A DNA stretch of 64,000 nucleotides from NCBI GenBank assembly GCA_018432935.1, contig JAHDSF010000047.1, positions 4,463 to 68,462 on the forward strand, written 5' to 3'. The notes beneath the pieces were generated by a model, which had not been told where the DNA came from, did no database searches, and saw nothing but the letters and a program-made list of their open reading frames with translations. The position numbers and the translations under genes are program-made. This DNA is from Rhodospirillales bacterium (GTDB taxonomy: Bacteria > Pseudomonadota > Alphaproteobacteria > Rhodospirillales > Shumkoniaceae). Below are positions 61,798 to 64,000 of the stretch, piece by piece; within the stretch, counting starts at the first letter, position 1; each line of letters opens with the position of its first letter.

Positions 61798-62798
61798 GAT
61801 GGGATCCCCCTCAGCGTTTCCGGAACATGATGCGAGAACCAGGCGGCGACCGGCCGCAGCGCCGAATCCGCGAGCGCGTTCTCGAGCAGCCGCCAGACGC
61901 GCGGGATGTGCTTCAGATAGATCGGCTTGCCGTCCCGCACGCACAGCCGGGTGAAGATGCCGATCACCTTGGCGTGGCGCTGCGCCGCCAGCACCGCGTA
62001 GGCGGCGGCGAAACCGGGGGCGAGCGACCCCACGGCGGCGGCGTAGCGCGCCTTCATCTCCGCCTGCAGGCCGGGGTCCACGTCGCGCCGCGCGTCTTCC
62101 AGCAGCGACATCAGGTCGTAGGGGGCGGCTCCCGCGACGGCGTCCTGGAAGTCGAGCAGGCCGCACCGGGCGACCCCGTCGCGATCGCCCAGCCAGATCA
62201 GATTGTCGACGTGGTAGTCCCGCAGCACCAGCGTGACGGGCTGGCCAAGTACGACCGGCAGCGCCGATCGCCAGGCTGCGAGGTAGTCGGCCCGCGCCTC
62301 GGCCGGGGTCGGCCGCCCCGTCATCGCCGGCAGGTACCAGTCGGTGAGCAGGCACGCCTCGTCGAGCAGACGGCGCTCGTCATAGGCCGGCAGCCCGGAC
62401 GGGATCTGCTGGTCCGCCGGCAGCCGGTGCAGGTGGGCCAGCACGTCGATCGCCAGCGCGTACAAGCTGCGGGCGTTGCCGCCGTTGTCCAGCATCCGGG
62501 TATAGGTCTCGTCGCCGAGATCCTCGATCAGCAGGAAGCCGGCGTCTTCGTCCGCGGCCATGACCCGTGGCGCGGACAGGCCCAGCGCGACCAGATGGCG
62601 GGCCAGCAGGGCGAACGGGCGGACGTCCTCGTGCGGCGGCGGCGCGTCCATCAGGACGGCACGCTCCCCCGGTCTGGTCACCCGCTCATAACGGCGGAAC
62701 GACGCATCGCCCGCGAGGGGAGCGCGCCGCGCGTCTGCCCATCCGTGGCGGGTGAGAAAGGCGGTGATCTGCGCATCGCGCACGGCACGATCAGTCAA
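61785..62798 (-). CDS. amgK: Aminoglycoside-phosphotransferase-fold kinase (AmgK-like anomeric MurNAc/GlcNAc kinase)
   Basis: 337-aa ORF with GDASFRRYERV, catalytic loop LRDYHVDNLIW and LLDFQDA. Confidence 0.75.
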   Translation of the reverse strand: MTDRAVRDAQITAFLTRHGWADARRAPLAGDASFRRYERVTRPGERAVLMDAPPPHEDVRPFALLARHLVALGLSAPRVMAADEDAGFLLIEDLGDETYTRMLDNGGNARSLYALAIDVLAHLHRLPADQQIPSGLPAYDERRLLDEACLLTDWYLPAMTGRPTPAEARADYLAAWRSALPVVLGQPVTLVLRDYHVDNLIWLGDRDGVARCGLLDFQDAVAGAAPYDLMSLLEDARRDVDPGLQAEMKARYAAAVGSLAPGFAAAYAVLAAQRHAKVIGIFTRLCVRDGKPIYLKHIPRVWRLLENALADSALRPVAAWFSHHVPETLRGIPSCPR

Positions 62799-63267
62799 AC
62801 GCGTACTCCAACTCTTCCAGACGGGAACTCCAGTCGCCGCGCCCGGTCAGGACGATGCGACGCCACTCCGCCGCCGCGCCTTGCGAAAGCGCGACGTCGA
62901 GCCGCTCGGCGGGCAGCAGCGAACCCAGCCGATCCGGCCATTCGATGAGCGACACGCCGTCGGCGAATGCGTCCTCGATGCCGAGTTCGTAGGCCTCTTC
63001 GGGGTCTTCGAGCCGGTAGAGATCGAAGTGGTAGATGGTGAACGCCGGCGTGTCGTAGGCCTGGACCAGGGTGAAGGTCGGGCTCGGCACCTCTTCGCCG
63101 CCGAGGAAGGCGCGTACGAACGCGCGGGCGAACACCGTCTTGCCGGCGCCCAGGGTGCCCTCCAGCGCGATCACGTCGCGCCGCCGCGCCGCCCGTGCGA
63201 TCGCAGCGGCGAGCGCAGCCGTCGCCGCCTCGTCCTCGACCAATCGCGCGAGAGAGAACTCCTGCAA
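62791..63267 (-). CDS. tsaE: tRNA t6A37 biosynthesis ATPase TsaE
   Basis: 158-aa ORF with P-loop GTLGAGKTVFAR, SPTFTLV and HFDLYRL. There is an 8-nt overlap with the downstream kinase gene. Confidence 0.9.
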   Translation of the reverse strand: MQEFSLARLVEDEAATAALAAAIARAARRRDVIALEGTLGAGKTVFARAFVRAFLGGEEVPSPTFTLVQAYDTPAFTIYHFDLYRLEDPEEAYELGIEDAFADGVSLIEWPDRLGSLLPAERLDVALSQGAAAEWRRIVLTGRGDWSSRLEELEYAFD

Positions 63268-63381
63268 ACCCGGGCTCTTCCGTTATTCCCCACCCGCCGT
63301 CCGACAATGGGGTTGAAGACGCATTGGGGGACGGCCACTCTAATGGGGCGAAATAATAAACCTTCAACTCCCGGAGTTTCC

Positions 63382-64000
63382 ATGTCGAATGAGGTTCAGA
63401 AGACCGACGTCACCATCGTCGGGGCGGGACCGGTGGGGCTGTTCGCGGTTTTCGAATGCGGCATGCTGAAGATGCGTTGCCATGTGGTCGACGCCCTGCC
63501 GGCGATCGGCGGACAGTGCTCGACCCTCTACCCGGAGAAGCCGATCTACGACATCCCCGGCCATCCGGCGATCACCGGCCAGGAGCTGGTCGACAACCTC
63601 GAACGCCAGATCGCCCCGTTCCAGCCCACTTTCCATCTCGGCCAGCAGGCGGTGTCGCTGCGGCAGAGCGGTGACGGCGGCTGGATGCTGGAAACCTCGG
63701 ACGGCACCCGAATCGAGTCCAAGGCGGTGATCGTCGCCGCCGGAGTCGGCGCATTCGGTCCGAATCGGCCGCCGCTGGCAGGAATCGAGCTCTATGAGCA
63801 GCAGCCTCCCGGCAGCGGCGTGCAGTACATGGTCCGGCGCAAGGAGGACTTCCGCGGCCGCCATGTGGTGATCGCCGGCGGCGGCGACTCGGCGGTCGAC
63901 TGGGCGATCGCCCTCAGCGACGTCGCCCATTCGCTGCACGTCATCCACCGCCGGCCCAAGTTCCGCGCCGCCCCGGAAAGCGCGTCGCGGCTGCAGGCGC
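63382..64000 (+). CDS. Thioredoxin-reductase-like ferredoxin-NADP(+) reductase; C-terminus cut by window edge
   Basis: Absent from the ORF track because it runs off the edge. GGAG lies 5 nt upstream of ATG 63382. Translation gives MSNEVQKTDVTIVGAGPVGLFAVFECGMLKM...GGQCSTLYPEKPIYDIPG...VVIAGGGDSAVDWA. Confidence 0.85.
   Translation, partial: MSNEVQKTDVTIVGAGPVGLFAVFECGMLKMRCHVVDALPAIGGQCSTLYPEKPIYDIPGHPAITGQELVDNLERQIAPFQPTFHLGQQAVSLRQSGDGGWMLETSDGTRIESKAVIVAAGVGAFGPNRPPLAGIELYEQQPPGSGVQYMVRRKEDFRGRHVVIAGGGDSAVDWAIALSDVAHSLHVIHRRPKFRAAPESASRLQA

Noticed and set aside
1-64000. Search for tRNA/rRNA genes, CRISPR arrays, IS elements, integrases, prophage or known defence-system genes
   Set aside because: None was seen by eye in any intergenic gap or ORF translation. 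The only nuclease-type accessory genes are the GIY-YIG and HNH genes reported above. A tRNAscan, Infernal or defence-finder run would be needed for certainty.

Overview
Very GC-rich, gene-dense chromosomal segment: about 60 protein genes. I saw no rRNA, tRNA, CRISPR array, transposase or integrase. Gene content and synteny look alphaproteobacterial (tsaE-amgK-murU-addB-addA-trxA, gatCAB, PAS_5, DUF763, DUF4142).

Layout:
- (1) A partial LivK-like binding-protein gene.
- (2) A LacI-led sugar ABC-transporter operon carrying a GH127 (beta-L-arabinofuranosidase-type) hydrolase, with two palindromic operators.
- (3) A roughly 13.5 kb locus that I cannot assign to a known pathway. It holds a second sugar ABC transporter, three class II aldolase-fold paralogues, a UPF0261/Tm-1-like ATP-binding protein, an FGGY kinase, a phosphohexomutase, a HAD-IIA protein, a GntR regulator and an MBL-fold protein. 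A conserved bipartite TGTCGACA / TWGTRTACAA motif sits in both of its regulatory regions.
- (4) A staphyloxanthin-like C30 carotenoid late-pathway cluster (aldH, crtN, crtP, PlsC-type acyltransferase, crtQ-like GT2) with no C30 synthase in the window.
- (5) Housekeeping genes (ilvE, tag, panE, gluQ, gatCAB, trxA, addAB, tsaE) interspersed with accessory items. These are a topAI(yjhX)/GNAT toxin-antitoxin-like pair with a near-consensus promoter and a long leader, an A/T-richer PAS_5 gene, a SlyB-like lipoprotein with a long Pro/Ala tail, several orphan genes, a 1-kb orphan-gene cassette flanked by 44-bp direct repeats that duplicate the gluQ 5' end, and a GIY-YIG gene bracketed by two palindromic repeats inserted between gatA and gatB.

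Limits: all calls come from reading the translations and the DNA by eye. Family names rest on recalled motifs, start codons are judgement calls, and no database search was run.
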